A model generated the notes under the pieces. The model had not been told where the DNA came from. It searched no databases and saw only the letters and a program-made list of their open reading frames with translations. A stretch of DNA of 64,000 nucleotides from the NCBI GenBank assembly GCA_963786955.1, contig CAWBAT010000005.1, positions 640,001 to 704,000 of the forward strand. Reading direction: 5' to 3'. The position numbers and the translations under genes were made by a program. This document shows positions 53,427 to 63,407 of the stretch, piece after piece. Each line of letters starts with the position of its first letter. Within the stretch, counting starts at the first letter, position 1. The stretch is from an uncultured Acidimicrobiia bacterium. Lineage in GTDB: Bacteria > Acidobacteriota > Terriglobia > Versatilivoradales > Versatilivoraceae.

Positions 53427-53470
53427 AAACCACCATCTTTTCTCCATCAAGAATACGATGGTGGTTTTTT
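53427..53470 (+). terminator. Intrinsic terminator-like hairpin between the CSD gene and nuoA
   Basis: AAACCACCATC...GATGGTGGTTT followed by a T run. Confidence 0.55.
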
Positions 53471-53549
53471 ATTCCCAAGTTAAAAAAAGGAGATTGTTTC
53501 GCCCCCTTCGATAGAATTCTCTTGGGCCCCCGATGAAACACAAAGATCC

Positions 53550-53903
53550 ATGCAAGATTATTTCCCGTTAATTCTGATGTTCGTGGTGACAGGCTTACTC
53601 GTTGGAGTCATCCTTTTCTTAGCCAGCCTCCTCGGACCGAAGAAACCGAGCCTGATGAAGAATTCTCCTTTTGAGTGTGGCTATCAGCCATTTCAGTTGC
53701 CCACCGACCGTTTCTTCATTCGCTTCTACCTCATTGCGATGCTTTTCATCTTGTTTGACATTGAAGTGATCTTTCTCTATCCCTGGGCGGTCGTTTTCAA
53801 GTCCCTTGGATTGAGAGGCTTTATGGGGATTGTAGTCTTTATTCTGGTTCTCGGGGCTGGTTACATTTACGCATGGAAGAAGGGTGCGTTCCAATGGGAG
53901 TAG
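53550..53903 (+). CDS. nuoA: NADH-quinone oxidoreductase subunit A
   Basis: 'PFECG', 'FYLIAMLFILFDIEVIFLYPWA', 'YAWKKGA'. Confidence 0.95.
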   Translation: MQDYFPLILMFVVTGLLVGVILFLASLLGPKKPSLMKNSPFECGYQPFQLPTDRFFIRFYLIAMLFILFDIEVIFLYPWAVVFKSLGLRGFMGIVVFILVLGAGYIYAWKKGAFQWE

Positions 53904-53937
53904 CTTCACGTCTGATGGAGGCTGCTTTCACCGTTTT

Positions 53938-54966
53938 ATGTCGATTCAAGAGATAAAACGAAGGCTACATTCACTTAGCGGTGTTGTAAAGGATGAGGCT
54001 CAGATCCTCATTCTGATGCATGACAACCCAGATCCTGACTCCCTAGCCAGTGCTTTTGGGCTTCAATATCTACTCAACAGTCTCGCTGGGAAGCCTTCGT
54101 TAATTGGTTATTCGGGAATTGTAGGGCGGGCTGAGAATCGGGCAATGATCAAGCATCTGGACATCAGGCTTTGTCCGTTATCAAGAATTCCCATCAAAGA
54201 ATATCCCTGTATCGCCATGGTGGACACCCAACCTTCGACTGGAAACAATTCGCTGCCGACCAGACTCTTGCCTAAGATTGTCTTCGACCATCATCCGTTC
54301 CGGTCGGCCAGCCGGAGAGTCGCCTATCGAGAAATTAAGACGAAGTACAACGTCACTGCTTCGATCATCACCGAGTATTTGATCGCCTCGAAGCTTGAGT
54401 TCGATTTCAAACTCGCAACGGCACTTTTTTATGCCATCAAAAGTGAGACCGAGGGGCTCTCCAGAGAAGTCGGCAAGATCGAAGCCCGCTTGAGACATTA
54501 TCTCTATCCCCATGTAGATCAGAAGCTCTTAGCGAACATCGAGAATGCCCGCGTGAGCAAAGAGTACTTCCAGACGATACACTCCGCACTGGAAAACAGT
54601 ATGATTTACGGGGACGCCGTAGTCGCTAAGATTGAAAATGTTCAAAATCCGCACATCGTTGCCGAAGTTGCCGATTTTTTGATGAGGCTAGAAAAAATCA
54701 AATGGGGCTTTTGTTTCGGGACCTACAACGGAGATGTTCTGATTTCGGCACGGACTATCGAGCGCAGTAACGACGCGGGGAGCCTGATGCGAGAAGCCTT
54801 TGGGGATTTGGGGGCTGCCGGGGGACATGAAATGATGGCAGGGGCCAAGATTAGCCTCAAAACTACGTCTCTCCAGGGTAAGAGATCCTTCGTACGTCAA
54901 TTAATTTTCAAAGCGCTGGAGCTGACGGGAAATGACCCGAAAGATGGGGAAAGGCTGGTCGAATAA
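53938..54966 (+). CDS. DHH/DHHA1 family phosphoesterase (NrnA-like)
   Basis: 'HDNPDPDSLAS', 'VDT', 'FDHH', 'GGHEMMAGA'. Confidence 0.9.
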   Translation: MSIQEIKRRLHSLSGVVKDEAQILILMHDNPDPDSLASAFGLQYLLNSLAGKPSLIGYSGIVGRAENRAMIKHLDIRLCPLSRIPIKEYPCIAMVDTQPSTGNNSLPTRLLPKIVFDHHPFRSASRRVAYREIKTKYNVTASIITEYLIASKLEFDFKLATALFYAIKSETEGLSREVGKIEARLRHYLYPHVDQKLLANIENARVSKEYFQTIHSALENSMIYGDAVVAKIENVQNPHIVAEVADFLMRLEKIKWGFCFGTYNGDVLISARTIERSNDAGSLMREAFGDLGAAGGHEMMAGAKISLKTTSLQGKRSFVRQLIFKALELTGNDPKDGERLVE

Positions 54967-54975
54967 TATAGCCCT

Positions 54976-56330
54976 ATGACAACTCCATCCGTCGATGTTC
55001 AGCAATCGAGCTGACAACCCATAGTACCCTGCTGAATATCGGTCCTTCTCATCCGGCCATGCATGGTGTGATTCGAATCATCACCCAGCTGGAAGGTGAG
55101 ACGATTGTTAAGGCTGATATTGAAATTGGTTATCTACACCGTGGGTTTGAAAAAAGTTGTGAACAGGGAGGTTACAACCACCCTATCCCTTATACCGACC
55201 GGCTGAACTATGTTTCCCCGCTCATCAACAATTTTGGCTACTGCATGGCGGTGGAAAAGCTCATGGGAATCCAGGTCACGGAAAGATGCCAGTATATTCG
55301 GGTACTCATGAGCGAGATTTCTAGGGTTTGTGACCACCTCACTTGTATCGGGGCCTCGGCCATGGAACTCGGGGCCATGACTGTTTTCTTGTATATGATC
55401 AAGGCGCGTGAATTTCTGTGGGAGCTAGTAGAGTCTGTGACTGGTGCGCGCTTGACGATATCTTATGGGCGAGTCGGAGGCGTGAGCGGGGATCTCCCAG
55501 CGGACTTCGGCGCAAACGCCGCTGGCACGTTCAAGAAAGTGCGCGAAGTGCTTATCGAAGTGGACCGTTTACTCTCGCGCAACCGAATTTTCGTCGACCG
55601 CATGCAAGGCACCGGTTTAATCAAGCGGGAAGATGCCATCGCTTACAGTTTCACCGGACCGGTAGCACGGTCTGTCGGGATTGACTATGACGTTCGACGG
55701 GATCAGCCCTACATGGTCTATGATCAACTGCAGTTTGATGTCCCCCTCGGGTCCATGGGTGACAATCTGGACCGTTACCATGTACGGATGGAGGAGATGC
55801 AACAGAGTCTACGCATCGCAGAACAAGCATTGAATAAAATGCCCAAAGGACCTGTTCAGGTGGATTCCGAAGGGAAAGTCGTTGAAGCGCATGAAATGGT
55901 GGATCGCGCAAAAATGGGCCGAACCCGAGGGATCCGAGATACTTTGGTCCAGCTATCTCCGAATCTGGAAGGGTTGGAAGGCCCCGCGTATGACGAGGTC
56001 ACTGCCAAGGAAAAACGGGCCGTACTTCCTGCCAAGAGCGACACATACGGAAACATTGAAGGGCTCATGAACCATTTCATGCTGATCATGCACGGTCATG
56101 GAATCCATCCGCCAAAAGGTGAAGCTTATGCTGCGGTTGAAGCCGCCAACGGTGAGCTGGGCTTTTATGTTGTCAGTGATGGCTCCGATCGACCGTATCG
56201 GGTTCGAGTACGTCCCCCCTGCTTCACTCTGATGGCAGGCCTTCACAAAATGATTGAAGGGTCTATGATGGCGGACCTCATTCCTACTTTCGGCTCGATC
56301 AATATGATTGCCGGAGAACTGGACCGATGA
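54976..56330 (+). CDS. nuoD: NADH-quinone oxidoreductase subunit D (frameshift near 54995; ~50-aa insertion)
   Basis: 'LNIGPSHPAMHGV', 'GYLHRGFEK', 'YTDRLNY', 'GELGFY', C-terminal 'AGELDR'. Confidence 0.93.
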
Positions 56331-56502
56331 ATCTCGAAGCACATCGTTCTCGATTAGGGAATTCTTAGGCTTATTTCAGCAGGGGGAAGTTGACACAGGG
56401 TCTCCCGTTTGTCAGCCGAAGCTTGGCCGCCCTTAAGGCTTATGGTTTGATTTTAGAAGTTGAAGGCTGCGCTTAATCTTCAATTCAGAGAATCTCGGAA
56501 AC

Positions 56503-57780
56503 ATGGCAGAACTCGCACTTTTAAGAGACGTGCAGGAAAGAAATCTGATGACGGTCGAAGACTACCGTCAGGTGAATGGTTTCGAGACGCTTCGCAAATC
56601 TCTTTTTGAGATGAAACCCGAACAGGTCACCGAGGAAGTCAAGAAGTCGGGATTGAGAGGCCGCGGAGGTGCAGGTTTTCCAACTGGAATGAAATGGAGC
56701 TTTATTCCGAAAAACTTGGATAAGCCTCACTATCTGGTGATTAATGCCGACGAAAGCGAGCCTGGAACCTGCAAGGACCGCGTGATTATTGAAAAAAACC
56801 CTTTCCTGCTGATGGAAGGGATCGCTATCGCGAGCTACGCAATCGGGGCGCACACCTGTTATCTCTACATCCGGGGAGAATATTACGAACAGGCCATGAT
56901 CCTCAAAAAGGCCATCGAGGATGCTTATCACTACGGTTACTTCGGAAAGAATATCATGGGTTCCGGCTTCGATCTGGATGTTTATCTCCATCGCGGTGCG
57001 GGGGCCTATATCTGTGGTGAAGAAACCGGCTTGCTGCAATCACTGGAGGGTAAGAAAGGTTGGCCCCGTTTAAAACCTCCCTTCCCTGCTACCTATGGTC
57101 TTTATGGCTGCCCTACAGTCATTAACAATGTAGAAACCATTTCCGCAGTCGTCCCCATTTTACAACGAGGAGGAGACTGGTACGCCAGCCTTGGTACTCC
57201 CAAGAATGGGGGAACGCGACTCTTTTCGGTAAGCGGTCATGTCAAGAAGCCAGGAAATTACGAACTGCCCATGGGGACTTCGCTGCGAACCATCATTTAC
57301 GATATTGCGGGGGGCATTAAAGGCGACAAGAAGTTAAAAGCGGTCATTCCTGGGGGCAGTTCAGTGCCGGTGCTGACAGCCGAAGAAATTGACGTTAAGA
57401 TGGATTTCGATTCCGTGGCGGCGATTGGTTCCCTGTTGGGTTCCGGGGGAGTAATCGTCATGGACGAAAGCACGTGTATGGTGAAAGCGCTATTGCGGAT
57501 TTCGAAGTTTTATGACCATGAGTCCTGCGGACAGTGCACACCTTGCCGGGAAGGGACCGCCTGGTTGAGAAAAACCCTCCAGCGCGTCTTTGACGGGCAG
57601 GCTCAGCCTAGGGATCTGGATCAATTGATGGATGTTGCTTTTAATATGATGGGGACAACGATCTGCGCGCTTTCAGATGCAGCCGCGATGCCGGTGCGCA
57701 GTTTTCTTCAAAAATTTCGCCAAGAATTCGAATATCACGTCCACGAAAAGCATTGTGATGTCGCGCGGCGCAAGAGTTAA
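56503..57780 (+). CDS. nuoF: NADH-quinone oxidoreductase subunit F
   Basis: 'GLRGRGGAGFPTG', 'NADESEPG', 'GAGAYICGEET', 'ESCGQCTPCREG'. Confidence 0.97.
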   Translation: MAELALLRDVQERNLMTVEDYRQVNGFETLRKSLFEMKPEQVTEEVKKSGLRGRGGAGFPTGMKWSFIPKNLDKPHYLVINADESEPGTCKDRVIIEKNPFLLMEGIAIASYAIGAHTCYLYIRGEYYEQAMILKKAIEDAYHYGYFGKNIMGSGFDLDVYLHRGAGAYICGEETGLLQSLEGKKGWPRLKPPFPATYGLYGCPTVINNVETISAVVPILQRGGDWYASLGTPKNGGTRLFSVSGHVKKPGNYELPMGTSLRTIIYDIAGGIKGDKKLKAVIPGGSSVPVLTAEEIDVKMDFDSVAAIGSLLGSGGVIVMDESTCMVKALLRISKFYDHESCGQCTPCREGTAWLRKTLQRVFDGQAQPRDLDQLMDVAFNMMGTTICALSDAAAMPVRSFLQKFRQEFEYHVHEKHCDVARRKS

Positions 57781-57820
57781 CAGCGGTCCACGGATCGCGG
57801 CAGAGTAATATCGAGTTCCT

Positions 57821-59446
57821 ATGCCAACGGTTACAATAAATCAACAGTCCATCGTTATTCCCGAAGGGACCACGATTATTCAAGCAGCCCAACAGTTGGG
57901 GATCGAGATCCCTCATTACTGTTATCACCCCGGGCTCAGCACCGCCGGTTCCTGCCGCATGTGTCTGGTGGAAATAGAGAAAAATCCCAAGTTACAACCT
58001 GCTTGCTATACCCGAATATCGGATGGGATGGTGATTTACACCAATACCGAGAAAGTGAAGCAGATGGTGAGCGGCGTTCTGGAATTCCTGCTCATTAACC
58101 ATCCGCTGGACTGTCCTGTGTGCGACCAGGCCGGTGAGTGCTTTTTGCAGGAATATTATATGAAGTTCGGGCTTTACGACAGCCGGATGAACGAAGACAA
58201 GATCAAACGGCATAAGGCCCAGGCGATTGGCCCGCATGTCATGCTGGACACCGAGCGGTGCATTCTATGTTCACGTTGCGTCCGCTTCGTCGAAGAGGTC
58301 TCGGATAGCCATGAGATTGGCATATTGAACCGCGGAGGTCGATCAGAAATTCGATTGCTTCCTGACAAGGCCCTGGACAATAACTATTCCGGAAATGTAG
58401 TCGATATTTGCCCGGTAGGGGCGTTGACGGATCGCAATTTCCGCTTCCAATGCAGGGTGTGGTATCTGGACAAGACCAATTCTGTCTGCAACGGTTGTAG
58501 CCGCGGCTGCAATATAACCGTGGAAGCCAATACCGAGCGGCCTCATCATGCTGAGGGCCGGCGCATTATGCGCTTAAAACCCCGCTACAACCCAGAAGTC
58601 AACCAGTGGTGGATCTGCGATATCGGTCGCTATGGTTTCGAATTCATCGACGACCCTTCACGCCTGGCAAGTTGTTTGGAGAGGCGAGAGGGTCAGCAAG
58701 AATCGATTGAATGGCATGAAGCACTCGGGAAAGCTTCTCAGCGGTTGTCTGATGCATTGCATCATCAGGGCGACGAATCGGCGGTCGTGATTGCCTCTCC
58801 ACAATTGACCAATGAAGATTTGTTCCTCATTCGAAGGTTCTTCGGGGAAGACCTGGGACTATCGAAGATTGATTATCGCGTACCAGAGCGAAGCTTGTCG
58901 GCAGGAGATAACGTTCTCCTTCTCGCGGATCGAAACCCGAATACGCGGGGAGCAGATGCCATCTTAAAGAGCGGTGGCGGGTTTAGTTTGCACCAGTTGC
59001 TACAATCCCCAACGACCCAAAGCTTCAAACTGCTCTATCTCTTCGAACAGGATCTTGTAAAGAAGCTTGGCGAAGAAGACGCAAAGTCCTTTCTTTCTAG
59101 CTTTGAATATGTGATCTATCAGGGGACCAACGAGAATGAGACCTCTCGCCTGGCCGATTTAGTTTTACCGAGCGCTACGTATGCTGAAGTTGAGGGAACC
59201 TTTACCAATTTTGAAGGAAGAGTCCAGAAAATTAACCGAGCCGTGGCACCATGGGGAGATTCCCTCCCCACTTGGCAGATAATGGCCAAGCTGGCAGAAA
59301 CGCATGGAAAAACATACCCTTATGATTGTTCTGAAGACGTATTTGCGGAACTAGCTGACCGAGTGCCCGAATTTGAAAATTTGAGCTATTCCAAGATGGG
59401 TGATCGAGGGACAAAAACGATCACAACCGGCCAGATGAAAGCGTAG
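57821..59446 (+). CDS. nuoG: NADH-quinone oxidoreductase subunit G (short form)
   Basis: 'CYHP...GSCRMC', 'HPLDCPVCDQAGEC', 'RCILCSRC', 'CNGCSRGC'. Confidence 0.92.
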   Translation: MPTVTINQQSIVIPEGTTIIQAAQQLGIEIPHYCYHPGLSTAGSCRMCLVEIEKNPKLQPACYTRISDGMVIYTNTEKVKQMVSGVLEFLLINHPLDCPVCDQAGECFLQEYYMKFGLYDSRMNEDKIKRHKAQAIGPHVMLDTERCILCSRCVRFVEEVSDSHEIGILNRGGRSEIRLLPDKALDNNYSGNVVDICPVGALTDRNFRFQCRVWYLDKTNSVCNGCSRGCNITVEANTERPHHAEGRRIMRLKPRYNPEVNQWWICDIGRYGFEFIDDPSRLASCLERREGQQESIEWHEALGKASQRLSDALHHQGDESAVVIASPQLTNEDLFLIRRFFGEDLGLSKIDYRVPERSLSAGDNVLLLADRNPNTRGADAILKSGGGFSLHQLLQSPTTQSFKLLYLFEQDLVKKLGEEDAKSFLSSFEYVIYQGTNENETSRLADLVLPSATYAEVEGTFTNFEGRVQKINRAVAPWGDSLPTWQIMAKLAETHGKTYPYDCSEDVFAELADRVPEFENLSYSKMGDRGTKTITTGQMKA

Positions 59447-59559
59447 AGATGACTACGAGGAACCTCTTCTTTTCTGACTTTTCGTTGACAGATTTTGCTC
59501 CGAACCTTTTTCCCCACCCGAGATAGACGGCCTTTTTTGACGGAGACTGCTAAATAATT

Positions 59560-60642
59560 ATGCTGGCAACTCTTGGAATCGAACTCGCAAAGGTTTTGGT
59601 CGTATTAATTGGCGTCCTAAATCTGGCGGCTATTTTGACCTGGATGGAGCGAAAGCAAAGTGCCGTCATGCAAGACCGCATTGGGGCAAACCGGGCCTCG
59701 ATTTTTGGCTTTCGCTTGTTTGGACTTTTTCAAGTTCTCGCAGACGGATTAAAGATGTTTACCAAAGAAGAATTTGTTCCCGAAAAAGCCCATCGTTTCA
59801 TTCACACCCTGGCACCCTTTCTGGCTGCCTTCTTTGCGCTGATAGGCTTTGCCGTCATCCCGTTCGGAAATGTGGTCACGTTGTTTGGCCGCGAGATCAA
59901 TCTTCAGATCATTGATTTGAATGTAGGCGTTTTATTTATCTTTGCTGCCATGTCTCTCGGGATTTATGGGGTTGTGTTGGCTGGATGGTCCTCCAACAAT
60001 AATTATGCGTTTCTTGGCGGAATGCGCGGTAGTTCCCAAATGTTTTCTTACGAGATAACCATTGGGGCAACGATTCTGGGAGTACTCATGATCTTCGAGT
60101 CCATGAGCTTGCAAGATATTGTGAGAGGCCAGGGGCAGTTGCTCTGGGGATTTCTCCCTAAGTGGGGATTTGTTGTTCAGCCCATTGGATGCATTTTGTT
60201 TCTAGTTGCCGGAATAGCCGAAACCAAGCGTGTCCCTTTTGATCTGCCCGAAGGTGAATCTGAAATTATCGGTTATTTCGTCGAATACAGTAGCATGAAG
60301 TTTGGTCTGTTCATGCTTACTGACTTCGTTGAAACGGTTCTTATTGCTGCCTTGGTCACCACCCTATTCTTTGGTGGCTGGCAAGTGCCGTATTTGTACC
60401 AGAACGGCTTTTCTTTCCCCGGCGGGATGACGGTTGAAATTTCGCAAATCTGGGTCGCTCTCTTCCAGGTTCTGTCTTACGGAATTAAGGTCTTTTTCTT
60501 TTGTTGGCTTCTCTTATTAATCCGGTGGACCTTGCCGCGCTTTCGTTATGACCAGCTCATGCGGCTTGGCTGGCAGATGATTTTTCCGCTCTCGATTCTG
60601 AACCTGCTGGTCACGGGCGCGGTAATCCTCCTCCTTCAATAA
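59560..60642 (+). CDS. nuoH: NADH-quinone oxidoreductase subunit H
   Basis: 'ERK....QDRIG.N', 'ADGLKMFTKE', 'AETKRVPFDLPEGESE', 'RWTLPRFRYDQLM'. Confidence 0.96.
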   Translation: MLATLGIELAKVLVVLIGVLNLAAILTWMERKQSAVMQDRIGANRASIFGFRLFGLFQVLADGLKMFTKEEFVPEKAHRFIHTLAPFLAAFFALIGFAVIPFGNVVTLFGREINLQIIDLNVGVLFIFAAMSLGIYGVVLAGWSSNNNYAFLGGMRGSSQMFSYEITIGATILGVLMIFESMSLQDIVRGQGQLLWGFLPKWGFVVQPIGCILFLVAGIAETKRVPFDLPEGESEIIGYFVEYSSMKFGLFMLTDFVETVLIAALVTTLFFGGWQVPYLYQNGFSFPGGMTVEISQIWVALFQVLSYGIKVFFFCWLLLLIRWTLPRFRYDQLMRLGWQMIFPLSILNLLVTGAVILLLQ

Positions 60643-60659
60643 TTTCAAAGAATGGACTT

Positions 60660-61151
60660 ATGGAACGACGCGAATTGACTTTTGTCGAACGATTCTACCT
60701 GGTAGAAGTTTTCAAGGGGCTTTGGCTCACCGGACGGCACTTCTTCTTGAATTTGAGCAAACATATCAAGACACAACTCGGGCTCAATACTCTGGAAAAA
60801 GGCGCGGTGACTTTTCAGTACCCTGAAGAGCGGCGCCCCTTTTCCCCGCGCTATCGGAGCCGTCATCGGTTAACCCAGCGTGAAAACGGGAGTCCCCGTT
60901 GTGTTGCCTGCATGATGTGTGAAACAGCATGCCCAGCCCGTTGTATCTACATCGTGGCCGGCGAGCATCCAGATCCCAACGTCGAGAAATATCCCATCCG
61001 TTTTGATATCGACCTTGGCGTCTGCATTTTTTGCGGTTTTTGCGTAGAGGCTTGCCCGGAGGACGCGATTCGTATGGATACTGGAATCGTCGAGATTGCC
61101 GCCTACAGCCGAAAAGAAATGATTTATCATATTGAAGACCTACTGCAGTAG
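60660..61151 (+). CDS. nuoI: NADH-quinone oxidoreductase subunit I
   Basis: 'T.QYPEE', CVACMMCETACP, CIFCGFCVEACP. Confidence 0.95.
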   Translation: MERRELTFVERFYLVEVFKGLWLTGRHFFLNLSKHIKTQLGLNTLEKGAVTFQYPEERRPFSPRYRSRHRLTQRENGSPRCVACMMCETACPARCIYIVAGEHPDPNVEKYPIRFDIDLGVCIFCGFCVEACPEDAIRMDTGIVEIAAYSRKEMIYHIEDLLQ

Positions 61152-61305
61152 ATCATCCGATCGTCCTTTCCATTTTCCAGGCGTATCCGCCTCTAGCCTT
61201 CGCGGGTGGCGAAGACATGGGGCTTCAGTGGCAACGTGGCACATTCATAATTCCGATTGGAAATATTCATCAGACGTACAACATCTTCGTTCCATGCAAA
61301 ACACC

Positions 61306-61674
61306 ATGAGACTCCAGTTCGGATTAGCAATGCTGGCTTGTTGTGTTCTAGACGGGTGTCATACAACCCAGCCACCGGTCACGAGAGAAGCCCTTGTAGG
61401 AAGCTATGTCTACAAATCTGAAGACCCTGAAGGCAAGGCGACAGATCACGAGTGGGACCGTCTGACTTTACAAGCAGATGGGAAGTATGACCTCGTGGAA
61501 GAAGGACCAACTAAGCCCAGATCTGAAACTATAGGAAGGTGGACAAGTTGGGCCGGAGTCAAAGGCACAGAAGTCGTACTGGATAATGCGGGCTATCCGA
61601 TTCAGATAAAGGGAAATGAAATTAGGCTCTTGATCGATAACGATGTTGGGATATGGTACGCGAAATCAAAATGA
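61306..61674 (+). CDS. Small lipoprotein, possible orphan immunity protein
   Basis: Lipobox 'VLDGC'; lower GC; sits upstream of an orphan Rhs; bracketed by two copies of GGTGGCGAAGACATG (61205, 61743). Confidence 0.6.
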   Translation: MRLQFGLAMLACCVLDGCHTTQPPVTREALVGSYVYKSEDPEGKATDHEWDRLTLQADGKYDLVEEGPTKPRSETIGRWTSWAGVKGTEVVLDNAGYPIQIKGNEIRLLIDNDVGIWYAKSK

Positions 61675-61684
61675 AGCCCGCCGC

Positions 61685-61738
61685 TGTCAACGCTCATTTA
61701 GAATTGACCCCTTTTTAATCATCAGAATTGACCACCCT
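61685..61738. mobile_element. Isolated IS21-family-like terminal repeat
   Basis: TGTCAACG end with tandem internal repeats AGAATTGACC at 61700 and 61724; no transposase nearby. Confidence 0.6.
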
Positions 61739-61859
61739 GGCTGGTGGCGAAGACATGCGCCCTTTGCATGTCTTCGAAGAAGCTGACTCATTAAAGAGAA
61801 ATGAGAAAAACAAAACAGTGCCGCACTCAAGAGATTGAATTCTCGCCTTTCCTTAAAGC

Positions 61860-63407
61860 TTGGCATCTATCCTACTAAATAGAATAGTCTGTCATTCATT
61901 CCAATTCGCTCTTCCTTTTTCTTGTCGCAGAGAAAGGCGTAACCGGGCATCAGTCGCTGCCACTCGGAACAATGGGCAGATTACCGAATTTATCGATTCG
62001 GTTGCCGGGCAGACAGTCGATTACACCTACGACAGTTTGAATCGTTTGATAGCAGCCAGCACGACCGGGTCCCAGTGGGGTTTGAGCTTCAGCTATGATG
62101 GTTTTGGAAACCGTTTGAGCCAAACGGTAACGAAGGGATCTGCTCCGGCTAGCTCGCTCGCGATTAATCCAGCCACCAACCGGATCAGCTCGACCGGCTA
62201 CGTTTACGATGCGAATGGCAACTTGACGACCATGCCGAGTGGCACTTCAAGTCTCACGCTCAGTTATGATGTGGAGAATCGGCTGGCACAAGCCAGTACC
62301 ACATCAATGACCAATCGTTTCGGATATGATCTGGACAATCGTCAGGTCTATACAAACACACTTGGTTCGACAGTTGAATCCATTATCTTTTACGGAGCCT
62401 TTGGGGAACGATTGAAGGAGTACACTTTGCAATGGGGCAACTATCAAGCGATCCATTGGAATTTATACTTTGATGGGAAGCTGATTTGGCAGGATTACAA
62501 AATCACACCCCCTGCGAACGGCGGCATCCCAGGTTTTCAGGACCGACTGGGCTCGCGAATGGCTTATTTTCTGGCGTATTATCCCTTCGGCGAGGGGCAG
62601 GTCCCAGGCCGGGATTTTGCCACTTATTTGAGCACACCCTTTGGTATCGATTATGCGCACAACCGCTACTATGCTAGCAACTTGGGACGGTTCACCACGC
62701 CCGATCCGTATGGAGGAAGCGCCAATCTAGGAGATTCACAAAGCTGGAACCGGTATGCGTATGTAAACAACGATCCTGTGAACAGGAATGATCCATCGGG
62801 GCTCGATTATTATTACTATGGTCCCAGAGCAGGAAATGATTTCTTTGACTGGGAGTGGCTCTGCAGGTTCTTTGGCAACTGTTCGGGTGGGAATCCAGGT
62901 GGCCGAGGCGAAGGTCCGACTGTTGGTCCAGGAGGCCCTCGAGGTGTAGATCCTTACACAGAACCGTCACAGACAGTACCCGCAAACAACACGGTCTCGT
63001 CATCCCCTTGTAACTCGGCTGGAAACGCGCTAAGTCCACAGCAATATCAGGCGGTGGGATACGCTGCGCGAGCCTCGTGGCTGTACGGTCCGGAAGTCGG
63101 AGTTTGGTCGAATGCGGGTGCGTTGGCGATGTTCAAGCGTGGGCTGCCGCTAGATGCGCAGGTACTCTATGGCGGGTCACCAGCTTACGCGAATTACGCG
63201 TACGGGGTTTACGCGGCTGCAGCAGGGTTACCATTGAGCGTTGCATTTGCGGGTGCAAATGCTTATGCAAGTGTTTTTAGCTCTTACGAAAGAAAACCTC
63301 CGTATGACGAGAATTATAAATCGACGCCTGCCGAGAATATCCAAAATATTACCAAAGGGTACAACGACCAGAAAAACGGAACTCTATGCTCAATACCAAA
63401 TCAATGA
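61860..63407 (+). CDS. Orphan (N-terminally truncated) Rhs/YD-repeat protein with a C-terminal toxin domain
   Basis: YD repeats ('YTYDSLNRL', 'YDGFGNRL', 'YDANGN'); core 'RYY....GRF.TPDP', 'NRYAYV.NDPVN..DPSGL'; C-terminal 'YANYAYGVYAAAAG' resembles Ntox44-type RNase toxins. No convincing start or RBS. Confidence 0.85.
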   Translation: MASILLNRIVCHSFQFALPFSCRRERRNRASVAATRNNGQITEFIDSVAGQTVDYTYDSLNRLIAASTTGSQWGLSFSYDGFGNRLSQTVTKGSAPASSLAINPATNRISSTGYVYDANGNLTTMPSGTSSLTLSYDVENRLAQASTTSMTNRFGYDLDNRQVYTNTLGSTVESIIFYGAFGERLKEYTLQWGNYQAIHWNLYFDGKLIWQDYKITPPANGGIPGFQDRLGSRMAYFLAYYPFGEGQVPGRDFATYLSTPFGIDYAHNRYYASNLGRFTTPDPYGGSANLGDSQSWNRYAYVNNDPVNRNDPSGLDYYYYGPRAGNDFFDWEWLCRFFGNCSGGNPGGRGEGPTVGPGGPRGVDPYTEPSQTVPANNTVSSSPCNSAGNALSPQQYQAVGYAARASWLYGPEVGVWSNAGALAMFKRGLPLDAQVLYGGSPAYANYAYGVYAAAAGLPLSVAFAGANAYASVFSSYERKPPYDENYKSTPAENIQNITKGYNDQKNGTLCSIPNQ

